A stretch of 64,000 bases of DNA from an uncultured Planctomycetota bacterium (GTDB taxonomy: Bacteria > Planctomycetota > Planctomycetia > Isosphaerales > Isosphaeraceae): assembly GCA_963845755.1 (NCBI GenBank), contig CAWJTV010000041.1:160001-224000 (forward strand), given 5' to 3'. The notes beneath the pieces are model-generated. The model searched no databases, was not told the DNA's origin, and worked only from the letters and a program-made list of their open reading frames with translations. Of the stretch, positions 1 through 11,668 are shown piece by piece; positions within the stretch are counted from its first letter, which is position 1; every line of letters begins with the position of its first letter. Made by a program: the position numbers and the translations under genes.

Positions 1-1236
1 TTAGGCCGCGGCTCGGTCGAATATGGCGTAGGCAGCGAAGCCGATCACGAGGCGGTCTATCAGACCCTGCTTCATGTCTTCCACGGTCCGGATCGCGAGT
101 CCTTCCTGGGTGCCCTGTGCGATCCGTCGTATCGGCCCGATCAACGGCTACTGGCCAAGGTCAACGGCAAGTTGGTCAGCCATGTCCATCTGACCGAACG
201 CCAAGTCCGATATGGTTCGGTCTCGATCCCGATCAACGGCGTCATGTGGGTCGGGACGCTGCCGGAATTCCGCGGCATGGGTTTCGCGCAGAACCTGATG
301 CGTCTGGCCAGTCAGCGTGGGAGCGAGCAGGGATTCGTGCTCCAGGCGCTGACGACGGGCATGCCCCAGTTCTACCGACCGCTCGGCTGGGGCGTCTGCG
401 GACGGCAGACGTTCGCGCAGACCATGAGCCGCAACCTGCCGCAGGTCAGCGACGGCGTGCTGGAGACCCGGGGCGCCTTCTGGCATGTTCGGCCCTGGCG
501 TCAGGTCGAGCTCGGCGACCTGATGGCCCTCTACGACATGCAGTACGCCCGAACGACCGGGACGGTCGCCCGCTCCGAGGAATACTGGCGCTGGATGATC
601 GGACGCCGATACGCTCACGTCATCTGGGTCGCCTGCCAGGGTGAGACCGTACGAGGTTATGCGTTCATCAAGGATCATAAGATCCTCGAGATCGCCTGCG
701 ACCCCGCATATCCCCAGGCGATGCGCGCACTGCTGGGCCGCGTTCGCGCGGAAGCGCTGGAACGCGCCTATCCCGAGGTCACCGTCTACGCGCCCAGCAA
801 TCACCCAGTCATGGACGTGATCCGGACGTCATCGGGTCGGATCATCGATCAGGAGTCGTACGACGGGACGGTCTCGATGTATCACATCCCGGATCTCGGC
901 CTCTTCCTCAAGAGTATCCTGCCGGAGTTGGCCCGGCGCGCCCTGGAGTCCGGCGCCCCCTTGCCGGTGGAGCTGGGAATCTGCATCGAAGACGAGCGCT
1001 GGCTCATTCACGTCGATCGGAAGGATTCGCGCGTCGAGCCGGAGAAGCTGAGTCGGAGATACCTGACGCTGAGCCCCTCGGCGCTGGTCCGGCTCGTCCT
1101 CGGTCACTCGGGGATCGCGGCCGCGGCCGAGGAGGAGGGCTTCACCGCTTCGACCAGCACGGCGATCGACGCGGCACGGGTCCTGTTCCCCCAGGAACCG
1201 ATCTGGCGCAGCCCGCTCGACAGCGCAACGGCTTGA
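1..1236 (+). CDS. Eis-like GNAT acetyltransferase (5' end outside window)
   Basis: Frame 1 is open from base 1 (LGRGSVEYGVG...). It has the acetyl-CoA motif VGTLPEFRGMGFA, FYRPLGW, a second GNAT-like half and an SCP2-like C-terminus. Confidence 0.85.
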   Translation, partial: LGRGSVEYGVGSEADHEAVYQTLLHVFHGPDRESFLGALCDPSYRPDQRLLAKVNGKLVSHVHLTERQVRYGSVSIPINGVMWVGTLPEFRGMGFAQNLMRLASQRGSEQGFVLQALTTGMPQFYRPLGWGVCGRQTFAQTMSRNLPQVSDGVLETRGAFWHVRPWRQVELGDLMALYDMQYARTTGTVARSEEYWRWMIGRRYAHVIWVACQGETVRGYAFIKDHKILEIACDPAYPQAMRALLGRVRAEALERAYPEVTVYAPSNHPVMDVIRTSSGRIIDQESYDGTVSMYHIPDLGLFLKSILPELARRALESGAPLPVELGICIEDERWLIHVDRKDSRVEPEKLSRRYLTLSPSALVRLVLGHSGIAAAAEEEGFTASTSTAIDAARVLFPQEPIWRSPLDSATA

Positions 1237-1385
1237 GGCAACCAACCTGCGAATCGTTCTTCTTTATTGTGATACCAACCCGATGCGACAGTGAGGATCC
1301 GTGGACGATCGCCCTCCCTGGCGCAGTCGGGTCGGTAAGAGGACCCGGCGGGCAGTCCCGAATCGGGACCCAGGAGCCCAGAATG

Positions 1386-2401
1386 CTACCAGGGTGTCCG
1401 GTCCATCGCTCGTGGATGGATGTACTTCTTGACGGGCGGTGACATCAGGTACAGGGACAGGACCGCGTAGAGCATGATCAAGCCGATGCCCACCTCGATG
1501 CTCTGAAGATCGAACTGTTTTTCCACCTGCTCGATCTGGGTGGAGAGGACGTCGGGATCATCCGATTGGACCCCCTCTTTCACCGGGACACCGTGAATCG
1601 CGGGCTGCAACATCGGCATGGCGATGAGGGTCATCAGGTCGATGAAGACACCGAGGGTCAACGCCGTCATGAGAAGCTTCGCCGATCGGCCGCGGATGAA
1701 CTGCACGGCGGCGAAGATCCCGAAGCCCGAGACCATGGCGAGACAGAGCCAACCATACTTCTGCCAGGCGTCGGCAGAATTGCCGACGGAGCGGACGATG
1801 GAGACGATCAACAGGATCAGCCCGCAGGTCCCGCACAAGCCGCCGATGAGCGAAATGTGAATGGGCGGGCCCTGGGGAGGAGGCGGGGGGGGCGGAGCCA
1901 GGTCGTCTGCCAGACCGACGCGCATGCCGGTCTCCTGGTCCATGCCGCAGGAAACGCAGATCGACATGCCCTGCGGGACCAGGCCTCCGCATTGCGAGCA
2001 TCGTCGAGCTCGTCCTCGGGCCTCCGCGGCCGTGACCCGCCGCTTCGGACCCCCACGGTCATCCAGGAGGGCTGCGGCATCGCCGATCGCGGAATCGGTG
2101 GCCATTCCGGACTGCTCAGCGTCGCGGGCGCTCATCAACGGGAGGTCGAACGTGTCCCGCAGGTCCCTATCCGCGAGCGGAAGCGGCAGTTCTTCCGGAG
2201 TCGGCGGTTTGATGGGCATCTCGTAACGCGACGGCCAGTCGGCATCGGCCGGGCCTGGCAGGGTGGATGCGGAGCTCGCATCGGCGACCGTCATCACGAA
2301 TCGCACGCCGCACTGGGGACAGCGGAGCGCTTACCCGCGCTGGCCTTCTCAGGCAGATTCAAGATGATTCCGCAATTCTGACACTGAGTAGTCCGGGGCA
2401 T
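1386..2401 (-). CDS. Zinc-ribbon membrane protein (frameshift ~2327)
   Basis: ATG at 2401 gives MPRTTQCQNCG..., which joins by a 1-nt shift to LRCPQCGVRFVM. Further CxxC pairs (CSQCG, CVSCG), a Pro run and about 4 hydrophobic segments follow. Confidence 0.7.
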
Positions 2402-2585
2402 AGTACCGTAACGCAGGGGATTTTTGGGATTTGTCCGAAGGCTCACGGCGCCTTCCCCTGGGAAGCGAAAGTCACCATCCTCGATGGGAGCAACGGCAAT
2501 TTCGGCGATTCTCTCTTATCCTAGACGCCGTGGCCAGACTTTCCGCAGGCAAAAAAACCCGAAGACTCGAAAATTCATCCAGGAT

Positions 2586-3113
2586 TCATGCCTCTTGATC
2601 TGCACGGGGCTCCGCCCCCGTCCCGTCCTTGACGGCGAGTTCGGCCGCTCCGGAACGGGGGAAATCACCGGATTCCACGATGCGTCGCGTGGTCTCATGG
2701 CGGTAGTCAAACAACTTTCGCACCTTCGACTCCAACAGGCCACCCGCCAGGAGACGCCCCACCCTTTTTAAAGGCGGTTCGTAGTCCACAATGTCACGGA
2801 GGAGGGTCCCCCCCTGTCCATCATCGAGGAAGAGGTGGCGATGATACCAGGAGGCGAACGGGCCCTCGACCTGCCGGTCGGCGAACATCCGGCCCGACTC
2901 GTACTCAGTGTGCTTGGCGATCCATCGCAAACGAAACGGCCCCAGCCCCGCGGAGAGGACGACCCGTGCGCCGGGTTTCAGCGAATGGCCTCCCTCGATC
3001 ACCTCGACGCGTTCCCATGGCGGGGTGAGCCTCTGGAGGGCTCCCGGGCTCTCGTGAAACGCGAAGACGACATCCGGCGGCGCCGCGATCCGAGTCTCTT
3101 TGACGAACCGCAT
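2586..3113 (-). CDS. SRPBCC (START-like) family protein
   Basis: MRFVKETRIAAPPDVVFAFH...LTPPW...FADRQVEGPFASWYHRHLF...TLLRDIVDY matches the SRPBCC pattern. Confidence 0.85.
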   Translation of the reverse strand: MRFVKETRIAAPPDVVFAFHESPGALQRLTPPWERVEVIEGGHSLKPGARVVLSAGLGPFRLRWIAKHTEYESGRMFADRQVEGPFASWYHRHLFLDDGQGGTLLRDIVDYEPPLKRVGRLLAGGLLESKVRKLFDYRHETTRRIVESGDFPRSGAAELAVKDGTGAEPRADQEA

Positions 3114-3638
3114 CAGAGCCACCCCGCTCACCAGCAATCCCGCTTCCCTGGATCCGAACCGCCGACTCAATCAGTCAATCAGGACCAGGGCACCGCTCCC
3201 GAAACGGAAGAGGTCACAGCTTCCCTATGACAATTGTTACGAGGAAGACCGCCGCCCGTCAAAGGGGATCAGAGAACATCTCGCGATCCTCGATCCATTC
3301 GTACCTACAATGCGGCCCCAACCCCGGGCCGCCGGTCACCAGAAACCGCGCGGGATCGGCCGCGGCTTGACCGGAGACCACCCACGGCGTTAACGTGTTC
3401 TCAGGCATCGGCCTGGGAACGCGGACATCAGTTCCCGACTGGAGTGGTTCCTCCGGTTGGACGAGCGTCTCCTCCCAGGATTCCGCGGTCATCGAAGCGG
3501 GCGTCCGACCGAGTTCCGGCTGGGCGCGAACAAGGTCACGAACCGGCGAGGGATCCTGCGAGCGGTTCGTGTCTTGGCTTCCGTTTCCCCCTGAGGCAGC
3601 GGGGATGGGTTGAAACCAGGCACCTGGAGTCTAATTCG

Positions 3639-5154
3639 ATGAAAGAGACGCAAGGGGTGAGCCGCCGGAGCTTTCTGGAGACGGCGGGTGTCGCAACCGG
3701 CACGGCCGTGGCCGCCGCCACCGCCTTCCCGCATCCGGCCATCGGCGCCGTGAAGGGAGCCAACGAGAAGCTGAACATCGCGATTCTCGGACCGGGCGGT
3801 CGCGCCGAGGAACACCTCCGCATCCTCCTGAGGATGAAGCGGGAGCAAAAGCCGGTCGATATCATCGGCCTGTGCGACGTCTGGGACGGCAACGACGAGG
3901 TCAAGCGCGGGCTGTACTACTCGGCCAAGAAGTGCGGCCTGGACCACGAGGGGAAAGATAAGGACCGGATCACGAAGGATTACCGGCGCATCCTCGATTG
4001 CAAGGATGTCAACGTGGTCCTGATCGCCACTCCCGATCACTGGCACGCCAAGATGTCCATCGATGCCATGGAGGCCGGCAAGGACGTCTACTGCGAAAAG
4101 CCGATGACCCACACGATCGACGAGGCCCGCCGGGTCAGCGAGACCACCAAGCGGACCAAGCAGGTCTTCACTGTGGGCGTCCAGTCGACCGCCGACCCCC
4201 GCTGGCGCACTGGCCAACCAGATGATCACCGAGGGGAAGATCGGCCATGTGATGCAGGGACAGACCAGCTACTACCGCAATAGCGACGGCGGCCAGTGGC
4301 GGTATTACCAGCTCTCGAAGGACATGAATCCCCGGACCGTCGATTGGAAGATGTTCCTGGGAACTGACTTCGGCCTTGCCCCCGACATGCCGTTCAACCG
4401 GGCCAAGTACGCTCAGTGGCGCTGCTACTGGGATTTCGGCGGCGGCATGTACACCGACCTCTTTGTCCACCAGCTCACCCACTTGATCCTGGCGATGGGT
4501 GTTCGATTCCCGCGGCGGGTCGTCGGCGCCGGCGGCCTGTACCTCGAATACGACGGCCGCGACGTACCCGACATGGCCACCGTCGTCGCCGATTACGACG
4601 AGGGTTGCCAGGTCCTGATCTCGGCGAGCATGTGCAATGACGTCCAGCTCCCCGAGGTGATCCGCGGCCACACGGCGACCATCGAGTTCGATAAGCCCGA
4701 AAGGGCGGGCTTCCGTGTCATCCAGCAAAAGCTCGAGGGGCGGCCAGCTCCTCCGGGTTCCAATCGCGGCGAAGGCGGCGAGAAGTTCGCTCCTCCGCAG
4801 CCCAGCGAGGACACTCGTGGTTTGTGGGAGCACTTCATGGAGTGCGTCCGCTCGCGCAATCCGGAGACCCTTTGTCCCGCCGACCTGGGTTATGCCGCCA
4901 TCACCACGGTCAACCTGGGCGTCCAGTCCTATCGCGAAGGCAAGGCCTACTACTTCGACAAGGCGACGGGCGACATCATTCATGCCGACGGCGCCTGGGC
5001 GGCGCGGTGGGAAGAGCGAAGCCACCTCCGCGGCAAGCCGAACCAGGTCGCCGGCTGGAAGGCCGGCGACGAAGGTTCCTTGCTCCACCTCCCCAGCTAC
5101 CAGAAGCTCGAAGGTGACTGGGTCGACGGCAAGGATCCTGCCGGGTCGGTCTAA
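3639..5154 (+). CDS. Tat-exported Gfo/Idh/MocA oxidoreductase (frameshift ~4212)
   Basis: Twin-Arg signal SRRSFL; motifs IATPDHWHA and DVYCEKP; continues in ORF 4222-5154 ([18 protein letters not shown]). Confidence 0.9.
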
Positions 5155-5179
5155 TAATCGGCTGGAATCGGCCATAAGC

Positions 5180-5221
5180 GTAGGGTGGGCCGAGCCGCGA
5201 TTCGTCGCGGCTCGGCCCACC
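5180..5221 (+). repeat. GTAG-type REP palindrome
   Basis: GTAG followed by a perfect 17-bp stem GGTGGGCCGAGCCGCGA / TCGCGGCTCGGCCCACC with a TTCG loop, between convergent genes. Confidence 0.8.
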
Positions 5222-5231
5222 GAACGCGCAT

Positions 5232-7604
5232 CACGGGCGCCCCGCTCGTGGCCGACCTTGGCGGCGATGCGATCGCGCTCCGCGGCGACAAGCCGAGCGT
5301 GGGGGGCTTGTCCGGGCCGTGCCGCCAGTTCGGCAGTGGCCCTGTCGAGGCGATCGAGCCAGGGAGTCCCTCGGTGGGAGGCATCCGCCTCGACCAGCGC
5401 GGACACCCTATCGGTGAGCTGCGCGGGGAACTCCGAGTCGACCGGCCAGGAGAGGCGGATGACCTCGTCCCAGAGGTCGAGGGCCTGCGCGAAACCCGGG
5501 CCGGAGTTCCCTTTCTCAGCCAGATGCGCGAGCCGGGCCATCGCACCGGTCTCGAGTGCCTGCCAGACGCGAGGACGCCGTTCGTCCGCCGGAATCCGCG
5601 CGAGCCGCGCTTGTAGATCGTCGAACGTGCCGGATTCGCGCAGAGCGTCGATCAAGAGATCCTCGTAGGCCGGACGGAGGGCCCGATCCAGCCGATCGCG
5701 ACGAATCCGCCTCAGGACCGATCGCCAGTCGAGTCGTCGCGGACCATCGAGCGAGTCGCCTCGGTCGTCCCGGGGACGAGCGGCGGTGAACTCGCCGATC
5801 GCGGCGTCCAGGCACCAGTTCAGGAGGACCTCTTCGGAGGCCTCCCGATCCGGCTCGGGACGCGGCCCCGGTGTAGCCACCTCGACGATCAACCAACGTT
5901 CATACGAATCTGAGATCATTTCCCATTCGCGCGGGCTGAGCCGGCCGGCGGACCTGCCCGTGCTCTGGACTCGGTACAACGGATCACCCAGGTAGATCAG
6001 ACGCCAGGGGCGGCCGAACGATTCGAGCTCGCCCTGACGCAGCGCGGCGGCTAACGGCACCTCGGCGGCCATCAACTCGGCAACCAGGCCGGGCTGTCGA
6101 AAGGCCGAGAGGTACGGCTCATTCACCGAGCCGTAGTACACGAACGCGCCCTGGGCCAGCCACCGGCCGGCGATCGTCTGGGGATCGGCCAGGTCGGCGG
6201 CCGAGAAGCTATGGATCATCACCACGGCGGCGGGGAATCCGCCGGGAACATCGGCCGGCCGCCCCGGACCGCCGGGAATCGTGAAACTCCGCGGGCTGCC
6301 CGAGGAGTTGATCCAGACGAAGCCGAAGTGATTGAGCGGAGCGACAGCCCGGTGCCAGCTCGCCAGGTCCGCGCGGGGACGCGCCGGAGGAAAACCTCGC
6401 TCGATCCGAGGGAGCGTCCGAGCGGATCGGCAGCCGGGACCACGCTGTACGCCGACCACGGGAGCTCGGCGTTATAGGTGTCCCAGAGGAGGGCCGCGGA
6501 GGGCTGGAGGAACAAGGCCCCCATGGCACGCGCGACGCTCGCGGCCGGATCGCCCAGCAGTCTGCCGGCGTAGGCCCACCGCCGTCGGGAGGCGTTGAGA
6601 CCCTGGGCATCCGGCTTGCCTTGCAGGTCGCGGCCGACGAGATCGTCCAGCGCCAGAATGCCGCGCGCGGGGCCACGCTCCGCGTCATTGTCATATCGAT
6701 AGGGCCAGTCACCGGCGATGGTCAGGAAATCGCAATCGTCGCCGAGTTGATCGTAATGAGGTGCCACGGAGGCAACCCGGCCCTCGATCCGTTGCGCGAA
6801 CCGCCACGCTTGAGCGAGGGTCAGGACATCGCCGAAGCGATACACACGGCCCATGTCGTCAGGTTCGTTCAAGGACCACATGGCGGGTTCCAGGCGGACC
6901 ATGGCCTGGAACCGACCGGCGGCCAACCCCACGGCGCCCGCGAGCATCGGGCTGTCGGGTGCGGAGAGCACCAGACCCGGCGGAATCGCGCCCAGTCCGC
7001 GCGGCGGCGCGCCGCCGGGCGGGAACTTGCCGTCTTTTGGGGACGGCTCGGACCAGGCCCGCGCCACGGCATCGATCGCCGCCTGCCAGAGGGCCAGTCG
7101 ATCCGCCGGCGATCTGGGGCTTCGAAGGCGGCTCAACTCCGCGGCGCGGCCATCCTCCCGGGCGGCGTACCGAACCACCCGCTCCGGACGGAAGGCGCGG
7201 AGGAACGGCAGGGTCCAAGCCGGCTCGTCGATCAGGATCGGGAAGAAGTGCCGCTCGTCCCACGTGGAGATCGCCTCGAAGAACGAGGGCACGTCCGGGA
7301 CCAGACAGACTTGATCGATCACAAATCGGTGCGGTCCGGACGACTGCCGCCAGGTGAGGATCGCTCGCTGGAACCGCTCCAAGAAATCGGCCTCGTCGGT
7401 CTCATCGCGGCGTGCTTCCGCCCGCTCAGATCGTGCGGCTTCTCCATCAGGACCGGGTACCGAGACGACCGACGGGCCGCCAGGCCGATTCGGGCCAGGT
7501 TTCAACCATCGCCCGAGCAGCCCGGTGAGACCGACGAGTCCCAGTGTAAGGATCAACGCCAGGGACAGAGTCAACCAGCCGGGCCGGGAATCGCGATCGA
7601 ACAT
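5232..7604 (-). CDS. Large membrane-anchored hypothetical protein with TIGR03790-like C-terminal motifs (frameshift ~6380; 3' end uncertain)
   Basis: AGGAGA RBS before MFDRD and an N-terminal TM helix. The second frame contains GSVNEPYLSAF and WRLIYLGDPLYR. The nearest plausible stop is TGA at 5232-5234, which needs another shift. Confidence 0.55.
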
Positions 7605-7909
7605 CGAATCTCCTGAGAAAGCATCCCGCGTGGCCGGTCCCTCGGAGCCGGATCGCGTCGGCAAGTCGTTGCGAGGGTCTCCGCCGGGGCTGGTCCGCCG
7701 GGTTCGCCTTCGCGTGTCGAGAGACATTGGGTGGAGCGAAGCCACGATAATCGTTATACTCGAAAGGGTCTACGAACCCGCAACCCCCGATCTTCAGGCA
7801 GCGTCGCCCGGACGCGGAATCGTCACGCGTCGCCGGAATCGACGGATCTCCCCCAGGGCAGGACCCGTCGCGGGCAGGCGTGTTGCTTGGCTCGTCAAGG
7901 ATCAGTCCG

Positions 7910-8305
7910 ATGAAAAAGGGCGGCATCCTCAACCCAGCAATCTGCTCTCTCCTGGCCGAGCTCGGGCAATCCGACGAGCTGCTGATCGTCGATGCCGCCT
8001 ACCCCCTGCCAACGGACGGCCACGTCATCGACTTGACCCTCACGCCCGGCATTCCTCGCCTGCTCGACGTCCTCCGCGCCGTGACCGAGGAGCTCGTCAT
8101 CGACGCCATCGCCGTCCCCGCGGAGGTCAAGGAATTCAGCCCGCGCATCTACCAGGAGATCCTCAAGATCGTCGGCGATACCGACGTCGACGAGATCCCC
8201 TTCCATGAGTTCAAGGAGCAGGCGCTCGACGTCAAGGGGATCATCCGCTCGGCCGAGTTCAGCCCGTATGCCAGCGTGCGCATCGTCGCGGGAAGTGCGT
8301 TCTAA
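7910..8305 (+). CDS. rbsD: RbsD/FucU-family protein (D-ribose pyranase-like)
   Basis: MKKGGILNPAICSLLAELG.SD.LLIVDAAYPLP...IDLTLTPGIP...IIRSAEFSPYA aligns with RbsD. Confidence 0.85.
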   Translation: MKKGGILNPAICSLLAELGQSDELLIVDAAYPLPTDGHVIDLTLTPGIPRLLDVLRAVTEELVIDAIAVPAEVKEFSPRIYQEILKIVGDTDVDEIPFHEFKEQALDVKGIIRSAEFSPYASVRIVAGSAF

Positions 8306-8334
8306 CCAGTTTCTGGTAAGACGTTTAGGAATTC

Positions 8335-8394
8335 GTAGGGTGGGTGAAACCCGCCAAGAAGGGGCTCGATCTTGGTGGGTTTCACCCGCCCTAC
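8335..8394. repeat. REP doublet (REPIN), GTAGGGTGGG family
   Basis: GTAGGGTGGGTGAAACCCGCC ... GGTGGGTTTCACCCGCCCTAC inverted pair. Confidence 0.85.
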
Positions 8395-8439
8395 AAAAGG
8401 CGGGTTGCACCCAGTGGAGGAAGTGGAAGTATCAGAATG

Positions 8440-8979
8440 GAGTTCATGGCGGGCATCGTAAGCCGGATTCTGTCGAGGCCATGACCGAACGCATACGCGC
8501 GAGGCCATGACCCGGATGATCATTTGTCTGGGACGCCGGTTGCCCGACGCCTCGAGCGACCTACCCGAGAGTCGTGACGGACCGGGCCGATCCGTGAGCG
8601 GAAGCCGTGGGAAGATCACGGTTTAACCCGTGAACCTCGTCGCGTCTGTTCGCTCTGCCCCCTTATTTGGTCTTGCTCCCGATGGGGTTTACCGAGCCAA
8701 ACCGGTCACCCGGCCTGCTGGTGGGCTCTTACCCCGCCGTTTCACCCTTACCGCAGTCGCGGCGCCGTGAAGCGCCGCGGCCGAGGCGGTTTGTTTTCTG
8801 TGGCACTGTCCCTATCCAGACCGCTTTCGCGGACCGGACGGTGGGCGTTACCCACCATCGCGCCCTGTGGAGTCCGGACTTTCCTCCGTGGCACGTCCCT
8901 GGACCTCAACCGTCGAGCCGTTACCGGCCCGGCAGCTTCAGCCAGGCGCCGCGGCGATCATCGCGCCCGCCACGAACTC
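8440..8979 (-). ncRNA. rnpB: RNase P RNA, bacterial type A
   Basis: The minus strand has GAGGAAAGUCCGG, AGUGCCACAGAAA, GGUAAGGGUGAAA, GGUAAACCCC, GAGCAAG and ACAGAAUCCGGCUUA. P1 pairs GAGUUCGUGGCGGGC with GCCCGCCAUGAACUC. Confidence 0.97.
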
Positions 8980-8986
8980 TGATCTC

Positions 8987-9015
8987 ATCATACGGGCCGA
9001 GGTTCGCTCGAACAA
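8987..9015 (-). promoter_or_regulatory. Sigma70-like promoter of rnpB
   Basis: TTGTTC-N17-TATGAT, ending 7 nt upstream of the P1 5' end. Confidence 0.6.
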
Positions 9016-9054
9016 CGGACTTTCGCAGCTCAGGCCTTCGGGTCTGAACTTCGA

Positions 9055-11372
9055 TCATTGAGGGGCCTGCACCTTGGCCTGCGCTTTCTTGGAGACGGTT
9101 CTCTTTCGTACGGCGGACCCACTGGGTGGGTTGAGTTTCTCGCGCTGCTCGTCAGTCAGCAGGGCACGCGGATCGATGATTACCGCCTCGCCGCCCTGAA
9201 GTCCCTGCTTCACCTCCACGCGTTCGTCGTCCCCCTTCCCAAACTGGACTTGTCGTAACTCGAATCCGCCGTTCGGCTTCTTCACGGCGACATGCCACTC
9301 GCCGTCGAGACGGATCGCCGACTGTATCGGTACACTCACGACATTGTCCAACTCGGCGATCAGGATCTGGACCTGGGCCGTCATGCCTGGCCGCAAACCC
9401 GGCAGCGGGTTATCGATGCGGATGTGTGTCGGATAGATCGTGTTGCCGGAAGCGGCAGCAGGATCGCTCGGTCGGGCCGGGGAGCCACATCCAGCACGGT
9501 GCCGTCGAAGACCTGGTTGGGGAAGGCGTTGACGCGAATCCTGACCTTCATATTCGGGAGGATCTGGTCAACACGAGGTTCATGCACACTGGCATTGACC
9601 TGCATGTGGGTAAGATCGCAGACACTGAGGATCGCCTGGCGCTCGCGGACGGTGGCGCCTTCCTCGATCTGTGGCCGAAGAGTGCCGTCGGGGCCATGCC
9701 CCGCGTCGGCGTAGACGACCAGACCGTCGATCGGGGCGAAGAGCGTGCAGCCGGCGATCTGCTTCTGGAGTTTCGCCTCTTTGCCCTTCTCCAGCTCCCA
9801 GGTCGCCTGCTTGGCCAGCTCGACGGATTTCGCCTTTTCCACCTCGCTGACAAGTTCCTTGATGGTCTTGGGCTTGGTGTACTGGGTTAGCACCTTTTCC
9901 TTGCTCTGAGCAAGCTCGAGGAGCCTTCTCTCATTCGAGAGTGTCTCTTCGACGGTCTCGAGGCGGTCGTCCAGGTCAAGATCGGCGACGATCTCCAAGG
10001 CCCCTCGGTCGCGTCCCTTCCTGGCGAGGTAGTCGTTCAGTCCCGCGCGGGCGCGGCGAGTTCGCTCCAGGCGCTTCTCCGACCTCTGGATGGCCGACTC
10101 GGCCCGTTTGACCTGCCCCTGAACGGTTTCGAGATCCTGGGGGTAAATGCCCTCCGTGTACTCGACTACGGCGATCTCGGCCACCTCGCGAGCGATCTTG
10201 GCGTTCAGATAATTGGCCTTGGCCGATTCGGTCGTGATGCGTTGATTCACCAATTGGTCCTTGAGGGCCGCCGAGTCCAGCTCGCAGACGAGGTCACCCT
10301 TCTTGACGCGCACGCCCTCCGGGACAATCTTGATGATCGTCGTCTTGCCTTCAACCGTGCAGTAGATATCCGTGTTCCTGGACGACTCCAGGCTGCCGCG
10401 CTCGACCAGGCTCACTGTAAACCTGCCGGGACGCACCTCCTGGACCGCGGCCGCCTCGTCAACCGCCGCTTTGGCTTTCTCCGCGGGCCGGGCCTGGGCG
10501 CCCGACGTGCCGCGCTGGACGAGCACGTCCATGCCGGCGACCGTGGCGCCGGCGACCAGCAGGACCGAGGCCGCTTTCAGCCATTGCATGGTGAGCATCG
10601 TTCGAAGGACTCCCTGGGCTAATGTCGTTGCTGTGCCTTGGACGAAGGTGCGGACCATGAGGAATCGGGTCGCGGCGCCGGCGGTGGAATCCACCAGGCC
10701 CGACGGAATCGAGGCCGACGCGGCATCAAACTTCATCGCGCCGGCGATCAGCCCGGCGTTCGGAGTAAGTCCGCGACGGAGGAGCCGGCCGCGGAGTCGT
10801 TCGCGGCCCCGAGAAAGCCGGCTCTTGACCGTTCCTGTCGGCCAGCCGAGATGCCGCGCCGCTTGCTCGTGGGTGCATGCTTCCAGATCGCAAAGCACCA
10901 GCGGTGCGCGATAGCGCTCGGGGAGCCGATTGATCTCCTCGTGGAGGATCTTCTCTAGATCGTTGTCCGGCTCGAGGCGGACGGCATCCGCCGGCACGGC
11001 GGCACACCGTTCGTGCCGTCTCCGACGTGCCGCCGCCGATCGGGCACACGAGGCGGTCCGATAGGCCACCTGATGGAGCCAGGGACCCAGAGAATCCCGC
11101 ACCCAGAGCGCGCGGGCCTTCCGCACCAGGACCAGGAACGTGGCCTGGAAGGCATCCTGAGTGTCGTGCGCGTCGGCCAGCACGCTCCGGCAGACGCGCA
11201 ACACCATCGGCCCATGCCGCTCGACCAGGACCGCGAAGGCCAGCTCAGCCACCTCGCCCCGATCGGTCGCGAACCGCTCCAGGAGCTGGCCGTCCGTCAG
11301 CTCCCGGACAGTTCCCAGGTTGAAGAGCGTGCCGAGGTGCCGGCGAACAGCCCCATCCCTTCCGATCGCCAC
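9055..11372 (-). CDS. ECF sigma factor fused to an efflux membrane-fusion (HlyD/RND adaptor) domain (frameshift ~9400-9470)
   Basis: Sigma region 2 (DAFQATFLVL) and region 4 (LPERYRAPLVLC...GTVKSRLSRGR), then a hydrophobic segment. These are followed by lipoyl-like VPEGVRVKKGDLVCELD, a coiled coil, APIDGLVVY and LRPGMTAQVQI. Confidence 0.85.
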
Positions 11373-11668
11373 GACTGGAAATCTCCACCGTCCGCCCGTT
11401 CATTCTCAAGATATGAGTAATGTAACGGAGGGAGGTGGTGGTTCCAGATTTTCTTGAAGATTTCGGTCCCTCCTCGGTGAATCCTGACCCGGCGGCGGAG
11501 TCGGTGACGTCAGAGTAATGTTACGCAGGTCAGCAAATTCGCGGGGGTTTGCGGAAACTGTTCGGTGAACGGAATCCGGGTCGTCTGGACGACGCACACG
11601 TGATTCGTCCGGGAGAAAGAAGCGGGCAGGGTGGTGACTGGTGGGAACCACGACAGCGTGGGTTCCAG

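Noticed and set aside
4168..5231. 763-aa minus ORF reading through a REP and antisense across the oxidoreductase
   Set aside because: The part below ~5230 is the antisense shadow of a GC-rich gene. A 1-nt shift gives a TGA at 5232-5234.
11415..11450. Possible autoregulatory ECF promoter (minus strand GGAACC...CGTT)
   Set aside because: The spacing between GGAAC and CGTT is only 13 nt, too short to call.
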